This document shows, piece by piece, positions 8,867 to 22,887 of a stretch of DNA of 45,641 nt. Made by a program: the position numbers and the translations under genes. This stretch comes from Kofleriaceae bacterium (GTDB taxonomy: Bacteria > Myxococcota_A > Polyangia > Haliangiales > Haliangiaceae): positions 1-45,641 of the forward strand of contig JBKJLC010000160.1 of the NCBI GenBank assembly GCA_046597055.1, written 5' to 3'. Positions within the stretch are counted from its first letter, which is position 1. Each line of letters starts with the position of its first letter. The notes under the pieces were generated by a model, which saw nothing but the letters and a program-made list of their open reading frames with translations, ran no database searches and was not told the origin of the DNA.

Positions 8867-10798
8867 ATGGCCGCCGGCGGACCCGGGCGCACGATGCGGT
8901 CGTTCCTCCAGGACGACGCGGTCACCCGCCACACCCTCGCCCCGGGCATGGTGCGGCGGATCCTGCGCTTCGCGGTCCCGTACCGGGCCGCGCTCGCCGG
9001 CTTCCTCGTGCTGCTGGTGATCGACGCGACGATCGGAGCGGCGATCCCGTGGCTCTACCGCGACATCATCGATGTCGGCATCGCGCAGGGCCGGCGTGGG
9101 TTGGTGATCGCGCTCGCGCTCGGCGCCGCCGGGCTGGCGCTGGCCTCGGCGGGCATCACGCTGGCGCAGCGCTGGCTGACCGCGCGGATCGGCGAGAGCC
9201 TGGTCTTCGATCTGCGCACCGCGGTGTTCGACCACGTGCAGCAGCTGCCGGTCGCGTTCTTCAGCCGGACCCAGACCGGCGCGCTGATCCAGCGGCTCAA
9301 TGGCGACGTCCTCGGCGCCCAGCAGGCGTTCACGTCGACGCTGTCGAACGTGGTCGGCAACCTGCTGGGCGTCGCGTTCGTGCTGGTCGCGATGGTCCTG
9401 ATGTCGTGGCAGCTCACCCTGCTGGCGCTCGCGCTGCTGCCGCTGTTCGTGCTGCCGGCGCGGTGGATGGCACCACGGCTACGCCGGGTCACCACCGAGC
9501 GTTACCAGCTCGACGGCGCGATGGCGCAGACGATGACCGAGCAGTTCAACGTCGCCGGCGCGATCCTCGCGAAGGTCTACGGGCGAGCCGCCGACGCCTC
9601 GACCGAGTTCCGCGGCCGGGCCGCGCGGGTCCGTGACGTCGGGGTCACCCAGGCCTGGTACGCGGGCATCTTCCGGGTCTCGCTCACGCTGGTGGCCGCG
9701 CTCGCGGTCGCGCTGGTCTACGGCGTGGGCGGCGTGCTGACGCTCGACAGCAACCTCGGGGTCGGCACCCTGGTCGCCCTCACCCTCTACCTCAACAAGC
9801 TGTATGGCCCGCTGACCTCGCTGTCGAACGTGCAGGTCGACGTCATGACCACGCTGGTCGCGTTCGAGCGCGTGCTCGAGGTGGTCGATCTGCCGCCGTT
9901 GATCGCCGATCGCCCCGACGCCCACGTGCTGCCGCCGGGCACCGAGCCGTCGATCGAGCTCGATCACGTGAGCTTCCGCTACCCGTCGGCGGCCGAGGTG
10001 TCGCTCGCCTCGCTCGAGTCGGTCGCGACCCTGTCCACCGACGCGGGCGCGACCGTGTTGCACGACCTCAGCTTCCGGGTCGCCCCGGGCCAGATGGTCG
10101 CCCTGGTCGGCCCGTCGGGTGCCGGCAAGTCGACGGTCACGGCGCTGGTGTCGCGCCTGCACGACGCCACCGAGGGCGTGGTCCGCATCGGCGGTCACGA
10201 CGTCCGCGCGCTCACCCAGGAGTCCCTGCGCCAGATGATCGGCGTGGTGACGCAAGACGCGCACATGTTCCACGAGAGCATCCGGGTCAACCTGCGGCTG
10301 GCCCGCCCGGACGCCACCGACGCCGAGCTGATCGAGGCCCTGCAGGTCGCGCAGCTCGCGGACCTGGTCGCGTCGCTACCGGACGGCCTCGACACCGTGG
10401 TCGGCGATCGCGGCTACCGCCTGTCGGGCGGCGAGCGCCAACGCCTGGCCATCGCCCGGCTCCTGCTCAAGGCGCCCGCGATCGTCATCCTCGACGAGGC
10501 CACCGCCCACCTCGACTCCGAATCCGAGGCCGCGGTCCAGCTCGCCCTCGCGACCGCGCTGCGTGGCCGGACCTCGCTGGTCGTCGCCCACCGCCTGTCG
10601 ACCGTGCGCGACGCCGACGAGATCCTCGTCCTCGACGGCGGTCGCCTGGTCGAGCGCGGCACCCACGCCGCCCTCCTCGCGGCCGACGGCACCTACGCCG
10701 AGCTCTACCGGACTCAGTTCGCCCCGCCGCTCGGCCGCGCAGATCCCGATGAAATCGGTGCAAGCGATCGGGACTGCCCGCTGGTCCGCTCGTCCTGA
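8867..10798 (+). CDS. ABC exporter, fused permease + ATP-binding protein (MdlB/MsbA-like)
   Basis: Six-TM N-terminal domain, Walker A GPSGAGKS, signature LSGGERQR, Walker B ILDEAT and H-loop AHRLST. Confidence 0.93.
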   Translation: MAAGGPGRTMRSFLQDDAVTRHTLAPGMVRRILRFAVPYRAALAGFLVLLVIDATIGAAIPWLYRDIIDVGIAQGRRGLVIALALGAAGLALASAGITLAQRWLTARIGESLVFDLRTAVFDHVQQLPVAFFSRTQTGALIQRLNGDVLGAQQAFTSTLSNVVGNLLGVAFVLVAMVLMSWQLTLLALALLPLFVLPARWMAPRLRRVTTERYQLDGAMAQTMTEQFNVAGAILAKVYGRAADASTEFRGRAARVRDVGVTQAWYAGIFRVSLTLVAALAVALVYGVGGVLTLDSNLGVGTLVALTLYLNKLYGPLTSLSNVQVDVMTTLVAFERVLEVVDLPPLIADRPDAHVLPPGTEPSIELDHVSFRYPSAAEVSLASLESVATLSTDAGATVLHDLSFRVAPGQMVALVGPSGAGKSTVTALVSRLHDATEGVVRIGGHDVRALTQESLRQMIGVVTQDAHMFHESIRVNLRLARPDATDAELIEALQVAQLADLVASLPDGLDTVVGDRGYRLSGGERQRLAIARLLLKAPAIVILDEATAHLDSESEAAVQLALATALRGRTSLVVAHRLSTVRDADEILVLDGGRLVERGTHAALLAADGTYAELYRTQFAPPLGRADPDEIGASDRDCPLVRSS

Positions 10799-11241
10799 GC
10801 GCAGCGCGGGGCGTGCGCGGCCGGCCCCGCCTCGGCTCGTCCTCCGTGCGGGCATCGAACACCGGGCTCGTTCGAAATGCGTCGCCGACGACGGCGCTTG
10901 GCCGTTCGTCGGCGTCAATGCCCCGCACGTCCCGAGCGCAGCGCTCGGCGCGAAGCCGAAGCCCCCCCTCGGGACGATCAGATTCGCCAGGCGATTGAAA
11001 AGCGCGCCTCCTTTCCGGTGTCCCTGCGCCGGCACGGGGCGCCGTGTCGGCGGGTAGACCTGCAAGGTGCAGCCCATGATCTTCGACGGGCTACGCCCGC
11101 CCGCGGGCTCGCTGCGCGAGCCCTGGTTCAGGGACACCGGAAGGTGCGCGGAATCCTGAGGGCGCCCGGACGCTCGCTGCGCATTATGCGTCCTTCGACT
11201 TCGCCCGTCGCTCCGCGCCGGGCTTCGCTCAGGACGAACGG
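10786..11241. repeat. REP-like dispersed repeats in direct and inverted orientation
   Basis: CCGCTCGTCCTGAGCG (10786-10801) matches the reverse complement of 11226-11241 at 15/16. A third degenerate copy starts at 10923. CGAAG(C/T)CGAAG tails are shared by the 10923 and inverted 11241 copies. Confidence 0.6.
11013..11142. other. Multi-branched inverted-repeat structure (possible structured RNA or MITE-like element)
   Basis: Perfect 14-bp terminal inverted repeat TTCCGGTGTCCCTG/CAGGGACACCGGAA enclosing hairpins at 11027-11052 (11 bp) and 11105-11123 (8 bp) plus smaller stems. Confidence 0.5.
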
Positions 11242-11265
11242 GAGAGCAAGTACTCGAATGAGCGC

Positions 11266-11306
11266 CTGCCGCTGCCGCTGCCGCTGCTGATGCCGCTGCC
11301 GCTGCC
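11266..11306. repeat. Intergenic (GCCGCT)n hexamer tandem repeat
   Basis: CTGCCGCTGCCGCTGCCGCTGCTGATGCCGCTGCCGCTGCC is seen directly. Confidence 0.6.
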
Positions 11307-11337
11307 GGTCCCCGCCCCGCCCCGCCAGCCCCCGCCG

Positions 11338-12860
11338 TCAGTACCGCGGGAGCCGGTACTCGAAGACGACGACGCCCTGCCCGACCGCCCCGGGCGCGAG
11401 CTCCAGTGTCGTCGCCCACCGGTCACGGCGGAGGGTCCCGACGCCAGCCGGGCGCTCGAAGACAACGCGAGGGCGGACCAGGCCGCGCAGCTTTTCCTCG
11501 ACGCGCACGGTGACCGGCCGGTCGCCGCGGTTGGCGACCGAGAAGACCACCTCGTCGATGACGCCGGTGCCGTCGAGGTCGCGGCCGCTCTTGCGACGGA
11601 AGCCGACGAGGTCGGGCTCGATCCACAAGGGCAAGCGCACGACCGGCGGATCGCCGTCGTTCGCGGCTGGCACCGTCCCGTCGATCCACCCGGCCACGCC
11701 GTCGTCGTCGGCCACGCCGACGCGGAGGATGCCAGGGACGTCGGTCGGCAGGCGCTCGAAGGCCAGCTCGCGCCAGACGGTGCCGGCCGAGGCGGTGCGC
11801 CACTCGAGGCTGCGCGGGCTCTCGTCGTCGTCCGCGATCGCGCCGCGGTAGACGCGATCGACGCGGGCGCGCCGGCGGCTGCTGGGGCCGCGCACGGCGA
11901 CGACGCCGCCGCCGACGGTGACCTCGCCGGCCCAGGCCTCGACCGAGGGTTCGTCGTCGTCGGGCAGCCCGGCGATCAGGCGGACCCGCGCGGTCCGGCG
12001 CGCTGGAAAGCCGGGGGCGTGGATCTCGAGCTGGGGCACGACCGCCACGGCGTCGACGCCAGCCTCGGCGCCGGCGCCCGGCAAGACGATCCGGTAGCTC
12101 GCGCGCCATGACACGTCGGTGGTCGCGTACGACAGCCGTACCAGGTGGCGCCCCGGTCGCGCGGCGTGGACCGCGCAGCGCAGCGCGGTCGCGGCCGGCG
12201 CGCCGCTCACGCCGAGGTGCACGATGGCGTCGACCCGCACCTCGTGGCGGCGACCGTCTTCGCCGCGCACCACCAGGCGGTCGGGCTCGGTCGCGACCAA
12301 GCGACCGCCGAGCTCCTCGCCGTCGCGGCTGGTGCCGACCGCGAGCTCGCCGGCGCGTGGGGTCGCGAGGTCGGCGTCACGGTCGGTGTCACCGCGGGCC
12401 CGGCGCAGGGTCGACGGTGCGACCGGGACCCGACCACCGTCGCCCGCCTCGAGCACCGCTCGCGGGTCGGCGACCTCGAGCACGGTGCCGGCGACGCGCG
12501 CGCCGGCGGCGGTGACGAGGGTGACCGCGCGTCCGATCAGCCAGGCGCCGTCGCGCAGGCCGTCGGCGCTGGCCACGACCTGGCAGCGCCGGGCCGCGAG
12601 CCCGCCGGGGTCGCTGACCGATTCGAGCACGACCGAGTCGAGGGTCAGGCCGGCGGCCACGCCCGGGAGCTCGAGCTCGCCGTCGGCGGGCACCGCGATC
12701 CAGCGCCGATCGTCGACGTATGCACGCCCGACCGCCCCGCCCACGCGCGCGGCGTAGACCACCAGCGCGACCCCGGCCGCGTCGCCGGGGCGGGGCGCGA
12801 CCGGTCGCGGTCCGCACGCGGCGAGCACCAGCGCGAGGAGCCCGACCGCGCCGCGCCCGA

Positions 12861-12864
<4 letters not shown>
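11338..12864 (-). CDS. DUF4139-like lipoprotein
   Basis: Lipobox LAAC. VRLSYATTDVSWRASY and C-terminal SVANRGDRPVTVRVEE motifs resemble DUF4139. ATGA overlap with the gpsA-like gene. Confidence 0.6.
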
Positions 12865-13837
<973 letters not shown>

Positions 13838-13841
<4 letters not shown>

Positions 13842-15499
13842 GGCTTGGCTCCCGCGGTCACGCTCGGGACCGCCGAGGTCGCCGCCGCCGCGGCCGGGCG
13901 CGCCGGCGCCAGCTGGGCCAGCCGGTTCTGGTAGTAGAACACCAGCTCGAGGTCGCCGACCTGCAGCAGGTCGCCGTGGCGCTCCACCACCGGCCGCGAG
14001 TGGTAGGTGCCGAGCGCGCGCACCGCGTCGTCGACGATCGCGGCGTCGCCCGACGACGCGACCCGGTGGTGCAGCCGGCCCGCCGACGGCTCGGCCGCGA
14101 TCCGCTGACGCAGCTCACCGACGCCGCGCACGACGTCGGCCACCGCGACCTTGCGCCCCGGCGGCAGCCGCAGCAGCCGGTACACGTCGCGGGTGCCGGC
14201 CGCCGCGCACACCGCGTCGTAGATGACGCGGGCCACCACGTGGGTGGCGTGGAAGACGGTCTCGCGCGGAAACACCTCGACCAGCCGGCGCCCGAGCAAG
14301 CGCGTGTACTCGGCGTCGCGCTGGTCGTCGACCGCGAGCTCGCCGTCACCGCCCTGGAGGTAGGTGCGCGGGTCGACCCGGCGACCGGCGCGGTCGCGCG
14401 ACTCGCCGTCGTCGTCGACGTCGTTGCCGAATGGGTCGATCGGCCGTCCGAACCGGACCACCACGCCGCCCTCGTGGACGAGGATCTTGCGGACGAACTC
14501 GACGATGCGCCCGAGCCGCGAGAACTCGTCGTCGGTGATGATGTAGCGGCGCTGGCCGGTCTCGGCGAGGTAGTCGTTGACCAGGGTCTCGGCCTCGAGC
14601 ACCAGCCGGTAGTTGATCGTCGCCGGCACGATGTAGATGCGCCGCTGCGGGTGCCCACCGCGCACGTTGTTGGCATACGCGGTGACCGCGGTGCCGAGCA
14701 GGCCGAGCTTGACCGACCGCTCGACCACGTTCGACCGGTTGCGGGTGCCACCCGGGAAGAACAGCGAGTGGTAGCCGCTCTCGAGGAGGACGGTCGAGTA
14801 CTCCTTGAGGATCTCCTTGTACAGCTCGAAGCGCAGCCGGCGGTCGACCCGGTACGCACCCAGGTTGTGCATGAAGAAGCTGATGAACGGGTTGGTGAAC
14901 AGGTTCTTGCCGGCGCCGTAGGTCACCGGCGGCAGGCCCGCGCGCTCGAGCGCGAGCCCGATCACCACCGAGTCCATGTTCGACGAGTGGGTCGGCGTCA
15001 CCACCAGCGTGCCGAGCTCGGCGATGCCGCGCAGCACGTCGAGCGGGCCCTCGACCTGGATGCGGCTGTCGAGCTCGCGCAGGAGGCCGGGCACGCCGCC
15101 CTTGATGCTCGACAGCGGCGACATCAGGAAGCCGACCCCGGGGGTCAAGACCCGGGTCGCGAAGCGGTACACGCGCGGATCGAAGTTGCCGACGATGTCG
15201 CGGCCGTAGTGGCGCACCAGGCGGCGCAGCTCGTCCTCGAGCTCGGCCGCCGACATCGAGCCGAGCCGACCGGCCAGGTCGCGCCAGCGCGCGGTGTCGC
15301 CCTTGCCGCCGAGCCGCTTGAGCTCGTTCACGCAGACGTCGTTGAGGGCGTACTCGAGCGACTCGTCGCCGCCGCGGGCGGCGCGCGCGACCAGGCGGGC
15401 GACGACCCGCCGCTCGACCTCGCCGAGCACCCGCTCGCGATCAGCGTTGAAGTGCTCGAGGCGATTGCGGGCCTCGTGCACCGGGCGGTCGCTCGCCAT
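13838..15499 (-). CDS. plsB: Glycerol-3-phosphate O-acyltransferase (PlsB/GPAT-like)
   Basis: HxxxxD motif [21 protein letters not shown] and [10 protein letters not shown] acyltransferase blocks. In an operon with the gpsA homolog. Confidence 0.75.
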
Positions 15500-15831
15500 G
15501 CGTCGTTGATACCACGCAGACACCTGCACCATCGCCGAGGCGACCGGATCTGCACGGCTTTTCCGCGGTCGCCGGCGTCACGGGGGCGGGAGTGCGGCGG
15601 GTCTCTCCGAGATCGGCAGCAATCGGGCTTGCACTCCACGAGAGCGTGTTATGGTGCCTCTGCATCGCGTCGCTCGCTTCCTGGCGAGCGACCTCCCGCG
15701 GATGGCTCTTCCAGCTTCTCTGGCAGCTCTCCTCGGTAGGCGTGGCCCCCGGATCTTCGGGCAGGCCGCCGCGGCGGGGCTGGACCATGCGTGGCCCGCC
15801 CGAGCACCGGCGCCGAGTCGGCGAGGCAGAG

Positions 15832-19380
<3,549 letters not shown>

Positions 19381-19443
19381 CGGTCCCGCCAGTCGTCACG
19401 GCGCGCGCCGCGCCGCGCGGCGTCAACGACCTCCCGCCGGTGA

Positions 19444-21516
19444 CTACTCGACCGTGATCGTTCCGACGATCATGTCCATCGCGCACGCGTAGGTCACCCG
19501 GCCTGCGGTCGGGAACGTCTGGCGCACCTCGACCCGCGTGCCGAGCGGCAGCTTGGTCTCGCGCCGGTTGCCGCCGACCCGGAACACGACCTCGGTCGCG
19601 CAGGTCTTGTCGGTGGTGCGCTCGAACACCAGGTCCACCGGCCGGCCACGTGGCACCACCACGTTGGCAGGCTCGAAGCCCCGCTCGGTGACCTTGATCG
19701 CGACCCGGGTCGGTCGCGCCGGCTTCGCGCGCGCCGGCGTGGGGCTGCCGCCGCGCACGCCGGCCGGCTTCGGCTGGGGCGCACCGGAGGACGGGGCCGA
19801 CCCCGCCGGCGCCGACTTGCCAGCGGCTTCCGCCAGCGCGCGGACGTCGGCGACCAGCTGGTCGAGCGCGCCGGCGGCGGGGCTACGCTCGAGCACCAGC
19901 CGACCGGCGCGGTCGTAGATCTTCAGATGCGGCAGGTTGAAGCCACCCGGGGTCAGGTGGCGCGCGACCGCCGCGCTGTCCCAGTCGACCGCGTCGATCC
20001 GTCGGATCGCGACCGTGTCGGGGTGGGCGCGCGCCAGCGCGATCAGCTCGGGCTCGAGCACCTTGCACGGCTGACACCAGGTCGCCCAGAAGTCGAAGAT
20101 CGTCAGTTTGCCCGGGACCGGGGCCAGCGCGAAGGCCGCACCAGGCGGGCCGAGGTCCTTCACGTCGGGCCGGGTGGCCACGGACCGGACGACCGGCTTG
20201 CTGCCGCCAGGCCGGCGGGGCGGGTCGGCCGTCTTCAACGGATCCGCGGCGGCCGGCTTGCCGGTCGTGCGCGGCTCGTCGCTGGCCCCGGTCACGGGCT
20301 CGGGTGCCGGCGCGTCCCCGCGGGCTTCCGCCGGCCTGTCTCCACCCGTGTCCCCGTGCGCAGCGTCGGCCCGGTGCGCATCGACAGCCCCGTGCGCATC
20401 GACAGCCCCGGGCGCATCGGCGGCGTCGCCGTGCTCGTCCCCGTGATCATGCTCGTCACCGTGCGCGTGATCGTGATCGTGCGCGTCCTCCGCCCCGGCC
20501 GGCGCCGGGCCGCCGAACGACCACGACGCACCGAGCTCGACGATCGCCGGCATCTCGAGCTGGCCGCCCACCACGTGGGTGACGACCGGCACCTTGACCG
20601 CCAGGTCGACCGTGATCGACCGGGTCGCCGACCACGAGCCACCGGCGACCAGCATCGCGTCGAACCGCCCGCGGTTGCCGTCGTCAGTGTGGACCACCCC
20701 GCCCCACCGCTCGGCGGTCTCGCCTTGCACCTCGACGCCGCCGCGGATGCCCCAGCGCGCCCCCAGTCCGCGCCGTGCGGCGACACCGCCCGCGTACCGG
20801 TCGCCGGCCTGGTAGCCGTTGCCGCCGGCGTAGAGGACCTGCTGCATGAACCCGAAGCCGCCGATCCGCCACGGGCCCCAGCCGCGCGAGGCCTCCACCG
20901 CGATCACCGGGTTCACGGTGCCGTTGCCCATCTGCAGGTGCTGGTGCGGCAGGTCCAGGTCGCCGAGGACGAACGGATCAGCCTCGGTCCGCCCGAGCGG
21001 CACGGTGAACCCTGCGCGCGCGGTCCAGCGCAGCCCGGCGACGCCGCCGCTGATCGAGCCGAGCACCATCGGGTCGCCGATCCCGCTCACCAGCTCGTTG
21101 CGATGGTGAATCCCGGGCCGGGTCAGCTCGACCTCGCGGCCGCCAGCATCGAGGTACTGGATCGCGCTCGACACGGCGCGCACTGGCAGCACCAGCGAGG
21201 CGCCCAGCCGGCGGGTCAGCCCGACATCGACGCCGAGGCGAGTCTCGGTGACGAGCAACGCCTGGTCGTGGACGAGGTCGATCGCGCCCTGCCCGACCAC
21301 CTCGTCGTTGTCGTCGTGGGCCGTCTGGACGTAGGTGCCCAGCCACGCCAGGCGGACCACCACCTGCCCTGGAGCGAGCGTCGCGTCATCGACCTTCCCG
21401 ACCGGGAGGTTTGGGTTACTTCAACCCGCTCAAGCGCCGCCGGCGCGGACCAGCCGGGGATCGACCCCGAGCGCGGCCGCGACGATGACGCTCCAGGCGC
21501 CGATCCGGAACTGCAT
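19444..21516 (-). CDS. Putative UxxU selenoprotein (690 aa with readthrough): signal-like peptide, U-A-G-U, outer-membrane beta-barrel-like domain, His-rich linker, thioredoxin (WCQPC), cupredoxin-like domain
   Basis: In frame with the called ORF 19444-21363: ATG 21516 MQFRIGAWSVIVAAALGVDPRLVRAGGA-TGA(21432-21430)-A-G-TGA(21423-21421)-SNPNLPVGKVDDATLAPGQV. A SECIS-like hairpin follows. Downstream motifs are DFWATWCQPC and CATEV...YACAMDM. Confidence 0.8.
21392..21410 (-). promoter_or_regulatory. Putative bacterial SECIS element
   Basis: mRNA ACCUCCC-GGUC-GGGAAGGU forms a 7-bp stem with one bulged A and a GGUC apical loop, starting 10 nt after the second UGA. The geometry and loop resemble the E. 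coli fdhF SECIS. Confidence 0.7.
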
Positions 21517-21522
21517 GCTGGC

Positions 21523-21528
21523 ACCCTA
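21523..21528 (-). promoter_or_regulatory. Putative -10 box (TAGGGT) for leaderless transcript of the selenoprotein gene
   Basis: TANNNT hexamer 6 nt upstream of ATG 21516 with no Shine-Dalgarno. The same arrangement occurs at several other genes in the window. Confidence 0.4.
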
Positions 21529-21627
21529 CCCCGCCGGCCGCCCCGCGGCAGCCGCCGCACTCAAGATCTGACGCGGTCCGCACGATCGCCGCCTCGCGAG
21601 CCGCGCTGACCGCGGTACACTGCACCC

Positions 21628-22113
21628 GTGCTCGGGTTTCTCGGCAGTCTGCGCATCCGTCGTCGCTCGACGCGTCGAATCGAACTCGCGCTGACCCGCA
21701 GCACGCACGTGGTGGGATGGAGCCTGACCATCACCAGCGTCGGACTGACCGCGTGGCTGATCGGCGTCTCGCTCGCGATCGCGGCGGTCCCCGCGGTCGG
21801 CGCCCTCATCGGGCTCGTCATCGCGACCATGCGCCAGCGCCTGGTGTTCGATCGCGACGACGGCGTGCTGCGCATCGACCAGCGGCTGCTCGGCTTCCCG
21901 ACCCAGTCGGTGGTGCCGCTGTTCCACCTGCGGGCGGTCGTGATCCGCAACCGGCTGCGCGGCGGCTTCGTCGCGGTGGTCGAACGCCGGGTCGGCGAAC
22001 CGATCGTCCTCGATAGCTCCGCCACCCCCGGGCCGCTGTACGCGCTGGCGCAGGCGGTCGCCGAGGTCGCCCAGCTGCGGCTGGTGTACGACGCGACCGC
22101 CGCCGCCCGCTGA
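21628..22113 (+). CDS. Hypothetical membrane protein (2 TM + soluble C-terminal domain)
   Basis: Typical high-GC3 codon usage. TACACT lies 6 nt upstream of the GTG start. Confidence 0.7.
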   Translation: MLGFLGSLRIRRRSTRRIELALTRSTHVVGWSLTITSVGLTAWLIGVSLAIAAVPAVGALIGLVIATMRQRLVFDRDDGVLRIDQRLLGFPTQSVVPLFHLRAVVIRNRLRGGFVAVVERRVGEPIVLDSSATPGPLYALAQAVAEVAQLRLVYDATAAAR

Positions 22114-22200
22114 CCGCCCGGTCGGCCGACGCCCGGACCAGCACCAGACAGTCGCCCGGTCGCCTCGCTCCGGTGCGTGCTGCGGTGTAGCGTGGCGCCG

Positions 22201-22857
22201 ATGCGAGCCGTCCCCGCATGTGCCCTCGCCGCGATCGCCGCCGCTACCGGCTGCGAGGACAAGAAGCCGCCTGCGGCCGCGGTCAGCGCCGCCGATTCGC
22301 CGGTGACGCTGTGGGGCATCGAGCCGTCCGAGTGGAGCTGCGATCGGATCGCGACCCCGGCCCTGATGAGCCAGGCGCTCGGCGGCCCGACCCGCGCGAT
22401 CGACAGCCCGATGGCGACCGCGGTCGGCACCGCCAAGCCGTGCACCTTCGTGTTCGAGGGCGACCAGCCCGAGGCCTGGAGCTTCGACCTGGACTGCCGG
22501 CCGTCGGCGATGCGGGTCGCGGCCCAGCTGTTCACCGAGTACGCCGCGCAGAACGTCGCCTACATCGACGCCTTCGACGCTGCCACCGGCGGCAAGGTCA
22601 TCAAGGACGACGCCGGCGTCGAGCAGCACGCGGTCGAGCCGCCGCGCGAGGTCGCGGTCGGCAAGCGGGGCCTCGATCACCACGGCATGCAGATCCTGTT
22701 CATCGACGACGACGCGCCCTGCTACGTGCGGGTGTCGGGGCCCGATCCGGACCGCCGCCTGCGGGTCGCCGAGCTGGTCGCCAAGCAACTGACCGCCGTC
22801 AACGCGCCGATGCGCCCCTACCCGGCACCGTCGCCCGCGCCCGCCGCCGGGAAGTGA
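22201..22857 (+). CDS. Hypothetical lipoprotein
   Basis: Signal peptide with lipobox ATGC and several Cys in the mature domain. Confidence 0.7.
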   Translation: MRAVPACALAAIAAATGCEDKKPPAAAVSAADSPVTLWGIEPSEWSCDRIATPALMSQALGGPTRAIDSPMATAVGTAKPCTFVFEGDQPEAWSFDLDCRPSAMRVAAQLFTEYAAQNVAYIDAFDAATGGKVIKDDAGVEQHAVEPPREVAVGKRGLDHHGMQILFIDDDAPCYVRVSGPDPDRRLRVAELVAKQLTAVNAPMRPYPAPSPAPAAGK

Positions 22858-22887
22858 ATCGAGCCCCGCCTGGTCAGGGGTCGAGGA

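Noticed and set aside
11002..11150. Assignment as 6S RNA, tRNA or a known riboswitch
   Set aside because: No central-bubble rod, cloverleaf with T-loop, or recognisable aptamer consensus was identified by eye.
21421..21432. The two TGAs as pseudogene nonsense mutations or an alternative genetic code
   Set aside because: Two independent stops exactly in CxxC spacing with a SECIS-like hairpin and an otherwise intact 690-codon frame are unlikely to be decay. Many genes here terminate normally at TGA, so global UGA reassignment is excluded.
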